A DNA stretch of 64,000 nt from Rhodosorus marinus CCMP1338 (lineage: Eukaryota > Plantae > Rhodophyta): the NCBI GenBank assembly GCA_029953675.1, contig JAMWBK010000007.1:1054001-1118000 (forward strand), in the 5' to 3' direction. Both the position numbers and the translations under genes were made by a program. Under the pieces are notes generated by a model. That model made no database searches. It was given only the letters and a program-made list of their open reading frames with translations, and was not told where the DNA came from. The stretch's first letter is position 1; each line of letters starts with the position of its first letter. This document shows positions 37,467 through 47,849 of the stretch, piece after piece.

Positions 37467-38889
37467 GGATCCTTCCAAAGAATACACAAAAACCCAGAGC
37501 AGTGACTTCTCCCCTTCCACTCAGGTTACAACCCCAACCCCGTCCCAAAAACCCAACCTCGCTATCCGAACTCAAAACATATTACTTCCATTCCCAGATC
37601 CTCTTCAAGTGTACAAAGTCGAACATTCGATGCTCTCTCTCCCTCTCTCTCTCTCTCTGTTTCACAACACAATTCAAGATCTGCTCACCTGCAATCTCCC
37701 CCACGACGATAATGTACTACAAGTCATCGTCTGCTGATCAGTTCCCGACCTGCCCCGTCGAGATCGGTCTGACTCTCAGCGGAGTTGGATACAACGGGTA
37801 GAGTGATTTGAGGAAGGGTTTCTAGCCCGATGACCATATAGATCTCCAGGCCTTTTCATACCATGACTAGGAAACCTGCTGAAACTGACAAGCAGATACC
37901 CCCGTTAGTGATCTCCGTACCAGTGACTAGTCCTTGCCCGTTTAGGTAGTCACGCGCGCTGACTACGAGAGATTGATCTTAGGAGCGGAAAAGGAAGAGG
38001 ATGGGGTAGAGCGGATTGGATATAGATCGTGGTGTAGCCTGGGAGCAGATATGATGGCAGTGTGTGTCTCGTCGGGGGTGGTGGGGGGTATATGGCGGGG
38101 GAAAGAGTATGCAAATGTCGAATTGTCCATGTCTTCTAGAGGACTCAACTCTTGAGTGTCTTATGCCACCGAAAGGGGATCCTCCTCACCCCAAAAGTTT
38201 GTGACTCCTCCGCCACAAGAAGACGCTAGCAACTAGCAGCTACTTGCCGGCGCTCCATAGATATGAAGTACAAGCGAGGAACTACCCCTCCACAGCCAGA
38301 ATGTCGCGCGGGTATGAGTTAAGGAGTTCTAGTAGTTGCTCTGGTCTTCTACGGAACAACCCCGAGCTGGTGTCCCAGGGCAAGTAAATGGGAGTCACAC
38401 TTGCTGGTGTGTGACTACTTGCTCATTAGTAAACACTTACAACCAGTAACTTTTCGTTCTGCGCAAAGCTCTCAAGTGCGACTACGCTAAGAAGCGGGAA
38501 TGAAGTCGTTGAGGACGCCAGTCCTGCAAACAACCAAACAAAAGCAGCCGTGGAGTCTCACCGTCATTTTAACGGGGGGGAGGGGGGAAAGACTGCTACT
38601 CACGCAACCAGCAGCCACGGAAGCGTCCCCAGGTTCTGCCTGAAGGATTCGCGTAGAAACCAAGTAGTGGCTAACTCTCAGACTCCCATTTTCCTTCTCC
38701 AAGCACACTCACCCCAGTTTGTCATTAGTCTGGGTCTTCTTGGAAACCAGAGAAGTCAGGGTGGATTGTCCCAACAGTGGCCCATAGCGAAAGTCGCCTC
38801 GGGACGTCGTCCATAGGCATCTATCTGGAGGCGAACGTTCCAGGTGCTTGAGGAAGCTACCAACGCGGCTAGCACGCGCTCTCCAAAGT

Positions 38890-39168
38890 GACAAAAGGGA
38901 GAAGGGACGGACGGGCCGGGATAGAAGAAAGTGTAATGCTGTGTGCTCAGGTAGTATTCGAAGGGGAAGTGGAAGCTTGTCAACAGAATTTGGGTAAGGA
39001 GAGGTGGGGGGTGGGAAGGGTAGAGGGACAAAAGGGAGAAGGGACGGACGAGCCGGGATAGAAGAAAGTGTAATGCTGTGAGCTCAGGTAGCATTCGAAG
39101 GGGAAGGGGAAGATTGTCAAGAGAATTTGGGTAAGGAGAGGTGGGGGGGTGGGAAGGGAAGAGGGTGA
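38890..39168. repeat. Purine-rich 137-bp direct tandem duplication upstream of FES1
   Basis: gacaaaagggagaagggacggacg.. starts at 38890 and again at 39027; the two copies differ by a few substitutions. Confidence 0.95.
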
Positions 39169-39254
39169 GGGCATTTAGTTGTGTTAAAAGGGGGGGCCTC
39201 TTTAGTGTGTTTTTTTGGGCGCCGGGGGGGAAGGGGGAAGTGAGGTGGATCGAG

Positions 39255-40136
39255 ATGGACGGTGATCCTAGATTGAAGAGTTTGAATCAGGTTCTGAAGT
39301 GGAGTGTGAAGGAGTCAACGAAAGATGGCGCGGAAGTGAGGAAAGTTGATCCAAAAGTTGTTGAGGAGAACAAGCACCTGCTGGATGAGCTGTTTAAAGA
39401 CGAGTATGGAGGCATTGAGGCTCTGCGGAAGCTTGCGGCGGACGAATCCGCCGATGTTGGGGACAGGGCAGAGGCACTAGAGGCGCTGGAGGAGTATGCT
39501 CAAGACTTGAATTTTGCTGTCAACTTCGGCAAAGTTGGCGTGCTGAGGACTGCTTTAGACGTCTTCAGAGAAAGCGAGGATTCTCGTCTAAGAGCAAACG
39601 CGGTTTGGCTTCTGGGAACCTCCATGCAGGACGTTCAGAGTATCAAAGATGAGCTGGTCGAGATGGGAGTGATTCCAGTGCTTAAGGAGGCTCTCGAGGA
39701 TGAGAGCTCGGGAAAGGTTCGTGCAAAGGGAGTTATGGCGTCTTCAGCCTTGCTGAGGAACTCCCCGCAGTACGAGGAGCGATTTACTGCAGCGGGAGGC
39801 CTGAACGCAATCGGGATGAGACTGCTAGACACAGAACAGCAACCACGAGAACGTGCTATGTTCTTCCTGGAGCATTCGCGTAGAAACAAGTGTGACTACT
39901 TCGCCAACTACGTCTCCAATGACCAATCGCTGACTGGAAATCTACTTGACAGAGTTGCAAAGGACCAAGACGCAGCGGCTGCTGCTGCCATTGCAGAAGC
40001 AGTTGAACCCTCTGCAACAACCCAAGACCTTTTCCATGCAAAAGCAAACTATCTGAAGGACACGGCAAAGTCGTCCAAGGAACCGGAGCTCAAGCGGGCC
40101 CTGCTCAAGATCGTCGTCAAGATTCCGAATGCTTGA
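39255..40136 (+). CDS. FES1: Hsp70 nucleotide exchange factor Fes1/HspBP1 (ARM repeats)
   Basis: LNQVLKWSVKES, ALEALEEYAQDLNFAVNFGKVG, LRANAVWLLGTSMQD and VRAKGVMASSALLRN; intronless. Confidence 0.88.
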   Translation: MDGDPRLKSLNQVLKWSVKESTKDGAEVRKVDPKVVEENKHLLDELFKDEYGGIEALRKLAADESADVGDRAEALEALEEYAQDLNFAVNFGKVGVLRTALDVFRESEDSRLRANAVWLLGTSMQDVQSIKDELVEMGVIPVLKEALEDESSGKVRAKGVMASSALLRNSPQYEERFTAAGGLNAIGMRLLDTEQQPRERAMFFLEHSRRNKCDYFANYVSNDQSLTGNLLDRVAKDQDAAAAAAIAEAVEPSATTQDLFHAKANYLKDTAKSSKEPELKRALLKIVVKIPNA

Positions 40137-40719
40137 GTGTATCGGACGTGAGCCGGCGGCTAGGTTCCAGTTGCAATTGATTCTAGTCACTGGTCAACCG
40201 ATTTTCCTGTCGGATGACCTGTATTGCCGTACAGGTTATTGAAATCAGACAGAAGAATATATAACGCATGAGCTATACGCCGGAGGACTGTATGCATATA
40301 TTTAAGCACTGAATCATCTGGGGTGAAGCTGGAAACCGGCACTTCCAAGCATACTGAGGACTAATGAGCGGTGCCGATGTAAAACTACGGGAGCTCATTC
40401 CTTGAAGATTGATAAGAGCTCCTATATCACTATTGCACCTGAAGCTTCTCGCAGAGAATTTAGAATCGACTGCTGATTTCTGATGTATGTAGGGAAAGAT
40501 GCGGAAAGTGTTTAGACTATGATAGGTCCAATTAGCACTTTAGAATAAAACGCATCGTTCACTTGGGCGGCGCTCTCCGCAGGCTTTACACGAAGACGAA
40601 CCTCCAGGCACGCGCCACACACTATTGGGGTTTTACTGTGAAACCAACAACCCCAGATGGGTGTCCTACGAAAATCGAAAGGGTAGTAAAAATATGTGAC
40701 GAATACCGGAATAATCACC

Positions 40720-41690
40720 AACTACCTAGTACTGGCAGCACTCTCTCGGCTATTGAGGGCAACCCAGGCATTGCCTCTCCACAGCGTGCGGTTCATAGCG
40801 GCAAGGGCTCTACTGAGGGCGCTGCGGTCGGAGTCAAGGTGTCTCGTGAGCCGAGAAAGGTCTGTCATCGTACGAGTCGCGAGTCTCCCATAAGTCTCGA
40901 GGGCTATCGGGATAAAATCCTCTGGGTCAGCCAGGCTGTGCTATGAAGACATATCTTCTTACTTTTGCCTTGAGCGGCAGTGTGGGCAGTGAGGCCAGTT
41001 CGTGAAGCTGTACGTCGCAGGAAGGCCGTCTGGAGAGGGCTGGTGACTACGACATTGAAGAATAACGTCCGGTGCGTTCGCAGGTGTTTCGCGTAGTTAT
41101 CGGGTGCTCGATGAGGTAGTTCCTCGTTCACTGGTCCTGGCTCGACGACAACGTCCTCGTAGCCCCAATCTGTCAGAAGTCGCGCGGTGGTCGCGCGGTG
41201 TCCGCACTAGCTCGTGGTGTTGATGGATCCAGTCGTTGGGAGCGGGCGCAACGGTGGAGGAGTTAATAACCGTAGACGTCATGGGTCGTTCTGCAGGAGG
41301 GGGAGGGCGCGGGCTGCGGTTGGTCAACGAGCAATACTCCAAGGAGTTGTCGGATGTCCGCGGTGAGTTGCTGCCTTGTGACGAAGAGTGCGCGGGCTGT
41401 TGGAATATCGCGAAGCCAGGTACCACTTGCGCCACCGGTTGCTGAGCGAAGTCGAGCTCGCGCGTAGACTGGGACCGTGGGCTCGTCGACTATGGCACTG
41501 TACGCTTATGCTGATGCAGAGCGTTGGGGTTCAACGCCTCCTCGAGCAAGGGTCCCGAGGCCTGCCGGTTGGGGAAGCAAAGGAGAACTGCCCCTGCTAG
41601 GAATTCCGAGTATGGAACGACGGATGGTCGCTGCTGACGAATCCCTTGTCGCCCTCCGCATTTTTCACCCCGCAGACGCCAGAGGGAGGG
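40720..41690 (-). mobile_element. Decayed RLE non-LTR retrotransposon of a second, older family (3' half)
   Basis: Across frameshifts the minus strand reads RARLRSATGGASGTWLRDIP, CRTTHDVYGY.LLHRC (Zn knuckle), RAPDNY..FFNVVVTSP..AAQGKSKK (RLE), DFIPIALETYGRL and NRTLWRGNAW. This is collinear with, but clearly divergent from, the young family. Confidence 0.8.
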
Positions 41691-44600
41691 GGTTGGGTTC
41701 AAGGACAGTTCGATGATAATCCGTTTATTCAGAGGCTAACTACCCTGAGAAGCGAGAGACAAGACGCTGATGACGCGCGTCCACAAACAAAGCAGAATTG
41801 GAGCGCCACAGGGTCAAAGAAAGCTCGATCGATCCGTTGAAAGCTCTATTAGCAGACTGTCTAAACGCCCTGGGTCGTTGCGAAACAGAGCTCGCAGCCA
41901 GCGAGAACCTACACTATCTATCAAGCCAAAGCACTCAATAATGAGGGGGACGAACCGGTATGTCACCGCCTAATCGCGAAAGGTAGGGTTTGACATCGCT
42001 GCCGCGTACTGCGAATCTTTCACTTGCCGCATGGACCGAGCTGCAGTTCCTCGACGCCGAGCCGACGCAGGCAGGTACCTGGTCGCCTGAGGACAAGGGA
42101 TGGAGAGGTCAATGTGACTGCGACGCGCATTGAGGTCAGTCACAACGAGATCCGCCACCCGCTGTACCGCTGGGGCGTCACTCTCATCAGCAATTTCCGA
42201 TGCCACCGCCAGAGGGACCTCATACTCCACTTCTCGGTCCGTACCGAGCGATTGAGAACGAAGGTAGCGGAAAAGCAAGCGGTTGAGCCGCGTATGGCGT
42301 CTGGTCCGGGCCCCTTGAACCTCCGCACAAGACGCCAACAGATGCGCACCATAATCACTCCACGGCACATTGACCTCGCACAATGCGCATCTAGAATCCC
42401 GCTCAGCAGGCCAAGAAGGTTGCGGCAAGCCCAGGTAAAGTCGTAAGCCTACACGAAGTTCGAGATCGGTAAGCGCCAACCGCGGATACGCAGGTATGAC
42501 CGTGAAGAAACGGGAGCTGAAACTCCCCCCCAAACCGCGCAGGCGAGCCAAAGTCGACGCCGAGCACGAAGTTACTCGAATGCCACCCTTCTGAGTTTAC
42601 ACTCAGAAGGGTGGCACACGAGTCCCGATGTATGTCCCACGAAAGGGGTTTTTGGATTACATCGGTCCTGGAAGGGGCCGGACCCGACCGGGAAACGCCC
42701 TCCTCTGGCGGTCTCGACGGCACAGCCAGCACGACAGCTCCGTGAGGAGGCTATTCAGACCCCCTGGGTTGTGTTGAAAAAGCTCACGAAGCTAACGAGA
42801 ACGCTATCAACTATACCAAAGCACTCGATGATGAGTGGAACAAGCCGGTATGACAATGCCGAATCCGGAAGCGTAGAGTCTAACATAGCCGCAGCGTACT
42901 GGGATTTCTTCAGTTGCCGCATTGACCGAGCTGCAGCGCCTCAGCGAAAAGCAGAAGCAGGCGGGTATCTGGTAGCCCGGGGACAAGGGATACAAAGGTT
43001 GACATATTCACGCCGACGAGCGCTCAGATCGATGATGATCCGTTTATTCAGAGGCTAACTACACTAAGAAGCGAGAGACAAGACGTTGATGACGCGCATC
43101 CACAAACAAAGCAGAATTGGAGCGCCACAGGGTCAAAGAAAGCTCGTTGATGATCGGTTTATTCAGAGGCTAACTACCCTGAGAAGCGAGAGACAAGACG
43201 CTGATGACGCGCTTCCACAAACAAAGCACAATTGGAGCGCCACAGGGTCAAAGAAAGCTCCGTGAGCAGACTATCTAAACGCCCTGGGTCGTTGCGAAAC
43301 AGAGCTCGCAGCCAGCGAGAACCTACACTATCTTTCTTTGACCCTGTGCCGCTCCAATTCTGCTTTGTTTGTGGACGCGCGTCATCAGCGTCCTGTCTCT
43401 CGCTTCTCAGGGTAGTTAGCCTCTGAATAAGCGGATCATCATCTATCAAGCCAAAGCACTCAATAGTGAGGGGGACGAACCGGTATGTCACCGCCGAATC
43501 GCGAAAGGTAGGGTTTGACATCGCTGCCGCGTACTGCGAAGCTTTACTTTCCGCATGAACCGAGCTGCAGTTCCTCGACGCCGAGCCGACGCAGGCAGGT
43601 ACCTGGTCGCATGAGGACAAGGGATGAAGAGGTCAATGTACTTACTGCGACGTGCACTGAGGTCAGTCACAACGAGATCCGCGCCACCCGCTGTACCGCT
43701 GGGGCGTCACTCTCATCAGCAATTTCCGATGCCACCGCCAGAGGGACCTCATACTCCACTTCTCGGTCCGTACCGAGCGATTGAGAACGAAGGTAGCGGA
43801 AAAGCAAGCGGTTGAGCCGCGTATGGCGTCTGGTCCGAGCCCCTTGAACCTCCGCACAAGACGCCAACAGATGCGCACCATAATCACCCCACGGCACATT
43901 GACCCCGCACAATGCGCATCTAGAATCCCGGGGCGTCACTCTCGTCAGCAATTTCCGATGCCACCGCCAGAGGGACCTCATACTCCACTTCTCGCCGAGC
44001 GATTGAGAACGAAGGTAGCGGAAAAGCAAGCGGTTGAGCCGCGTATGGCGTCTGGTCCGCCCCTTGAACCTCCGCACAAGACGCCAACAGATGCGCACCA
44101 TGATCACCCCACGGCACATTGACCCCGCACAATGCGCATCTAGAATCCCGCTCAGCAGGCCAAGGGGGTTGCGGCAAGCCCAGGTAAAGTGGTAGGCTTA
44201 CACGAAGTTCGGTAATCTAAAAACCCTTTCGTGGGACATACATCGGGACTGGTATACCACCCTTCTGAGTTTACCTTGATGATGATCCGTTTATTCACAG
44301 AATTTACCTTCGTGCTCGGCGTCGACCTTGGCTCGCCTGCGCGGTTTGGGAAGGAGTCTCAGCTCCCGTTTCTTCACGGTCATACCTGCGTATCCGCGGT
44401 TGGCGCTTACCGATCTCGAACTTCGAACTTCGTGTAAGCTTACGACTTTACCTGGGCTTGCCGCAACCCCCTTGGCCTGCTGAGCGGGATTCTAGATGCG
44501 CATTGTGCGGGGTCAGTGTGCCGTGGGGTGATTATGGTGCGCATCTGTTGGCGTCTTGTGCGGAGGTTCAAGGGGCCCGGACCAGACGCCATACGCGGCT

Positions 44601-46339
44601 CAACCGCTTGCTTTTCCGCTACCTTCGTTCTCAATCGCTCGGTACGGACCGAGAAGTGGAGTATGAGGTCCCTCTGGCGGTGGCATCGGAAATTGCTGAT
44701 GAGAGTGACGCCCCAGCGGTACAGCGGGTGGCGGATCTCGTTGTGACTGACCTCAGTGCACGTCGCAGTAAGTACATTGACCTCTTCAGCCCTTGTCCTC
44801 ATGCGACCAGGTACCTGCCTGCGTCGGCTCGGCGTCGAGGAACTGCAGCTCGGTTCATGCGGAAAGTAAAGATTCGCAGTACGCGGCAGCGATGTCAAAC
44901 CCTACCTTTCGCGATTCGGCGGTGACATACCGGTTCGTCCCCCTCACTATTGAGTGCTTTGGCTTGATAGATAGTGTAGGTTCTCGCTGGCTGCGAGCTC
45001 TGTTTCGCAACGACCCAGGGCGTTTAGACAGTCTGCTCATAGAGCTTTCAACGGATCGATCGAGCTTTCTTTGACCCTGTGGCGCTCCAATTCTGCTTTG
45101 TTTGTGGACGCGCGTCATCAGCGTCTTGTCTCTCGCTTCTCAGGGTAGTTAGCTTCTGAATAAACGGATCTAAAGTTCGGTGGAGTATGAGGTAGGTCCC
45201 TCTGGCGGTGGCATCGGAAATTGCTGATGAAAGTGACGCTCCAGCGGTACAGCGGGTGGCGGATCTCGTTGTGACTGGCCTCAATGCGCGTCGCAGTTAG
45301 TACATTGACCTCTCCATCCCTTGTCCTCAGGCGACCAGGTACCTGCCTGCGTCGGCTCGGCGTCGAGGAGCTGCAGCTCGGTCCATGCGGCAAGTGCAAG
45401 ATTCGCAGTACGCGGCAGAGATGTCAAACCATACCTTTCGCGATTCGGCAGTGACATACCGGTTCGTCCCTCTCATTGTTGAGTGCTTTTGGCTTGATAG
45501 ATTATCCGTTTATTCAGAGGCTAACTACCCTGAGAAGCGAGAAACAAGACGCTGATGACGCGCGTCCACAAACAAAGCAGAATTGGAGTGCCACAGGGTC
45601 AAAGAAAGCTCCGTGAGCAGACTATCTAAACGCCCTGGGTCGTTGCGAAACAGAGCTCGCGGCCAGCGAGAACCTACACTATCTATCAAGCCAGAGCACT
45701 CAATAATGAGGGGGACGAACCGGTATGTCACCGCCGAATCGCGAAAGTTAGGGATAAACGGATCATCAAAGGTAGGGTTTGACATCGCTGCCGCGTACTG
45801 CTAATCTTTCCCTTGCCGCATGGACCGAGCTGCAGCTCCTCGACGCCGAGCCGACGCAGGCAGGTTTCTGAATAAACGGATCATCATCATCATCATCAGG
45901 TACCTGGTCGCCTGAGGACAAGGGATGAAGAGGTCAATGTACTCACTGCGACGCGGATTGAGATCAGTCACAACGAGATCCGCCACCCGCTGGGGCGGCA
46001 TTCTCATCAGCAATTTCCGATGCCACCGCCAGAGGGACCTCATACTCCACTTCTCGGTCCGTACCGATCGATTGAGAACGAAGGTAGCGGAAAAGCAAGC
46101 GGTTGAGCCGCGTATGGCGTCTGGTCCGGGCCCCTTGAACCTCCGTACAAGACGCCAACATATGTCAGCGTCTTGTCTCTCGCTTCTCAGGGTAGTTTGC
46201 CTCTGAATAAACGGATCATCAAGAGATGCGCACTATAATCACCCCACGGCACATTGGCCCCGCAGAATGCGTATCTAGGTTCCCGCTCAACAGGCCAAGG
46301 GGGTTGCGGCAAGCCCAGGTAAAGTCGTAAGCTTACACG

Positions 46340-46620
46340 AAGTTCGAGATCCACAGGCGTCCAGAAACGACCCTAAGGGATCGCCCTGCTGCACACCCGT
46401 ATGAGCCGCAAAGGTGTGGCTCTCGGCACCCAGGGTGACAAATCGGGGCCCGTTCGGCGCTTCACCATATACGCGGCGTAAGAACGGGAAGCCAGAGGGG
46501 AAAAGCTGACGAACTACCTCAAGCGCGTGTGCTCGAGACACACTGTTAAACGCATGGGCGAAATCCACAGAAAGCGTTGCCATGGGCTCATCGCGGAGAC
46601 CGTCCAGCTCCAGGATAAGA
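46340..46620 (-). mobile_element. Reverse-transcriptase fragment (domains 3-4) of the non-LTR element
   Basis: ATLSVDFAHAFNSVSR..HTGVQQGDPLGS. Confidence 0.92.
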
Positions 46621-47039
46621 GAGAGATGAGATCCGTTTATTCAGAGGTAACTACCCTGAGAAGCCAGAGACAAGACGCTGATGACGCCCATTCCTTGTCC
46701 TCAGGCGACCAGGTACCTGCCTGTGTCGGCTCGGCGTCGAGGAGCTGCAGCTCGGTCCATGCGGCAAGTGAAAGATTCGCAGTACGCAGCGATGGCAAAC
46801 CCTACCTTTCGCGATTCGGCGGTGACACACCGGTTCGTCCCCCTCATTATTGAGTGCTCTGGCTTGATAGTGTAGGTTCCGCTGGCTGCGAGCTCTGTTT
46901 CGCAACGACCCAGGGCGTTTAGATAGTCTGCGCACGGAGCTTTCTTTCGCGCTTCAATTCTGGTTTGTTTGTGGACGCGCGTCATCAGTGTCTTGTCTCT
47001 CGCTTCTCAGGGTAGTTAGCCTCTGAACAAACGGATCGA

Positions 47040-47460
47040 TGACGCCATGGGTGCAGGATACGCGTCACCAGTTCACAGCCACCTGAATAGCCGACACCGA
47101 CCTGGGTCAACCCAAAAAAACCCCTGGCCTCCCTTAGTGAGCTGACGCGATAGAAAGCGGCTCGCCAGCTTCCGCAATGCTTCGCACATCCCGATTGGCT
47201 GAAGGGAAGGTGTCTGATCTGAATGTCCAGGCTTGGGCAAGAGGACCAGTTGGGAGCGCGACAATAGTGCCCAGGCCTCTGCGCAAAAATCCTCCCCATT
47301 GACAAGACTTTCCAGTGCCCGCGCAAGGGCGTCCAGCCCTTCTTCACCCAACCAGCGAAAAAGTTCGACCTGGAGTCCTGAGGGACCAGGTGCACGACCT
47401 TTCGGGGCAGACCTAAGCAGAGCCAGAACCTCATCCGGCCGGACAAGCAACCGACCTCTA
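47040..47460 (-). mobile_element. Reverse-transcriptase fragment (domains 0-2) of the non-LTR element
   Basis: RSAPKGRAPGPSGLQVE, SQLVLLPKP and LQPIGMCEALRKLASR, a CRE/SLACS/Cnl1-style RT N-terminus. Confidence 0.9.
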
Positions 47461-47849
47461 CCGTCATCATCATCATCATCAGTTTATCGGAGCCTAACTA
47501 CCCTGAGAAGCCAGAAACAAGACGCTGATGACGCGCGTCGAACAATAAAGCGTTGGCTTATAGTTACGGTAATATATTAGGCATTTGTCAGCTGGGTTGG
47601 GCGCGATTGGGTTTGTTCGCGATCTTGATGGTCCGTTTATCTTCGTGGGGCCTGCCATCTTTCTGCGGCTGTTCCTCGCCTTTCCCTGCGTTTCCGGGTC
47701 GTCCGCGAAGGGATTTTTGGGTTGTTTTGGTCTGGGAAGGTGGTTCCGGTAGGGTATTGGTCTCATCTTGGCGTTGCTGTTTTGTTCGGCGATATTTCGG
47801 TCATCGGCGGTGCTTGTGGGGTTCACCTGCGCCACTCTTCCCCCAGCGT

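Larger units (their letters stand above)
41700..47530. mobile_element. Nest 1: self-nested fragments of a CRE/R2-type (RT + CCHC + restriction-like endonuclease) non-LTR retrotransposon, both orientations
   Basis: Recurrent CALC..WGDYGAHLLASC, RTRRHTRLNR, QRVADLVVTD..YIDLSIPCP, KDSQY, FVPLIIECFG and LTLWRSNS..RFSG*. The common 3' end TAGTTAGCCTCTGAATAAACGG(ATC)n occurs about 13 times in this interval. Confidence 0.95.

Noticed and set aside
45748-45753. TTAGGG suggesting telomere-repeat addition
   Set aside because: A single hexamer that is explained as a variant of the element terminus TTAGGCTCTGATAAAC; no telomeric array is seen.
47530-47840. Possible inverted gag C-terminus
   Set aside because: Low-complexity Pro/Asn/Lys-rich frame with no diagnostic motif; cannot be assigned.
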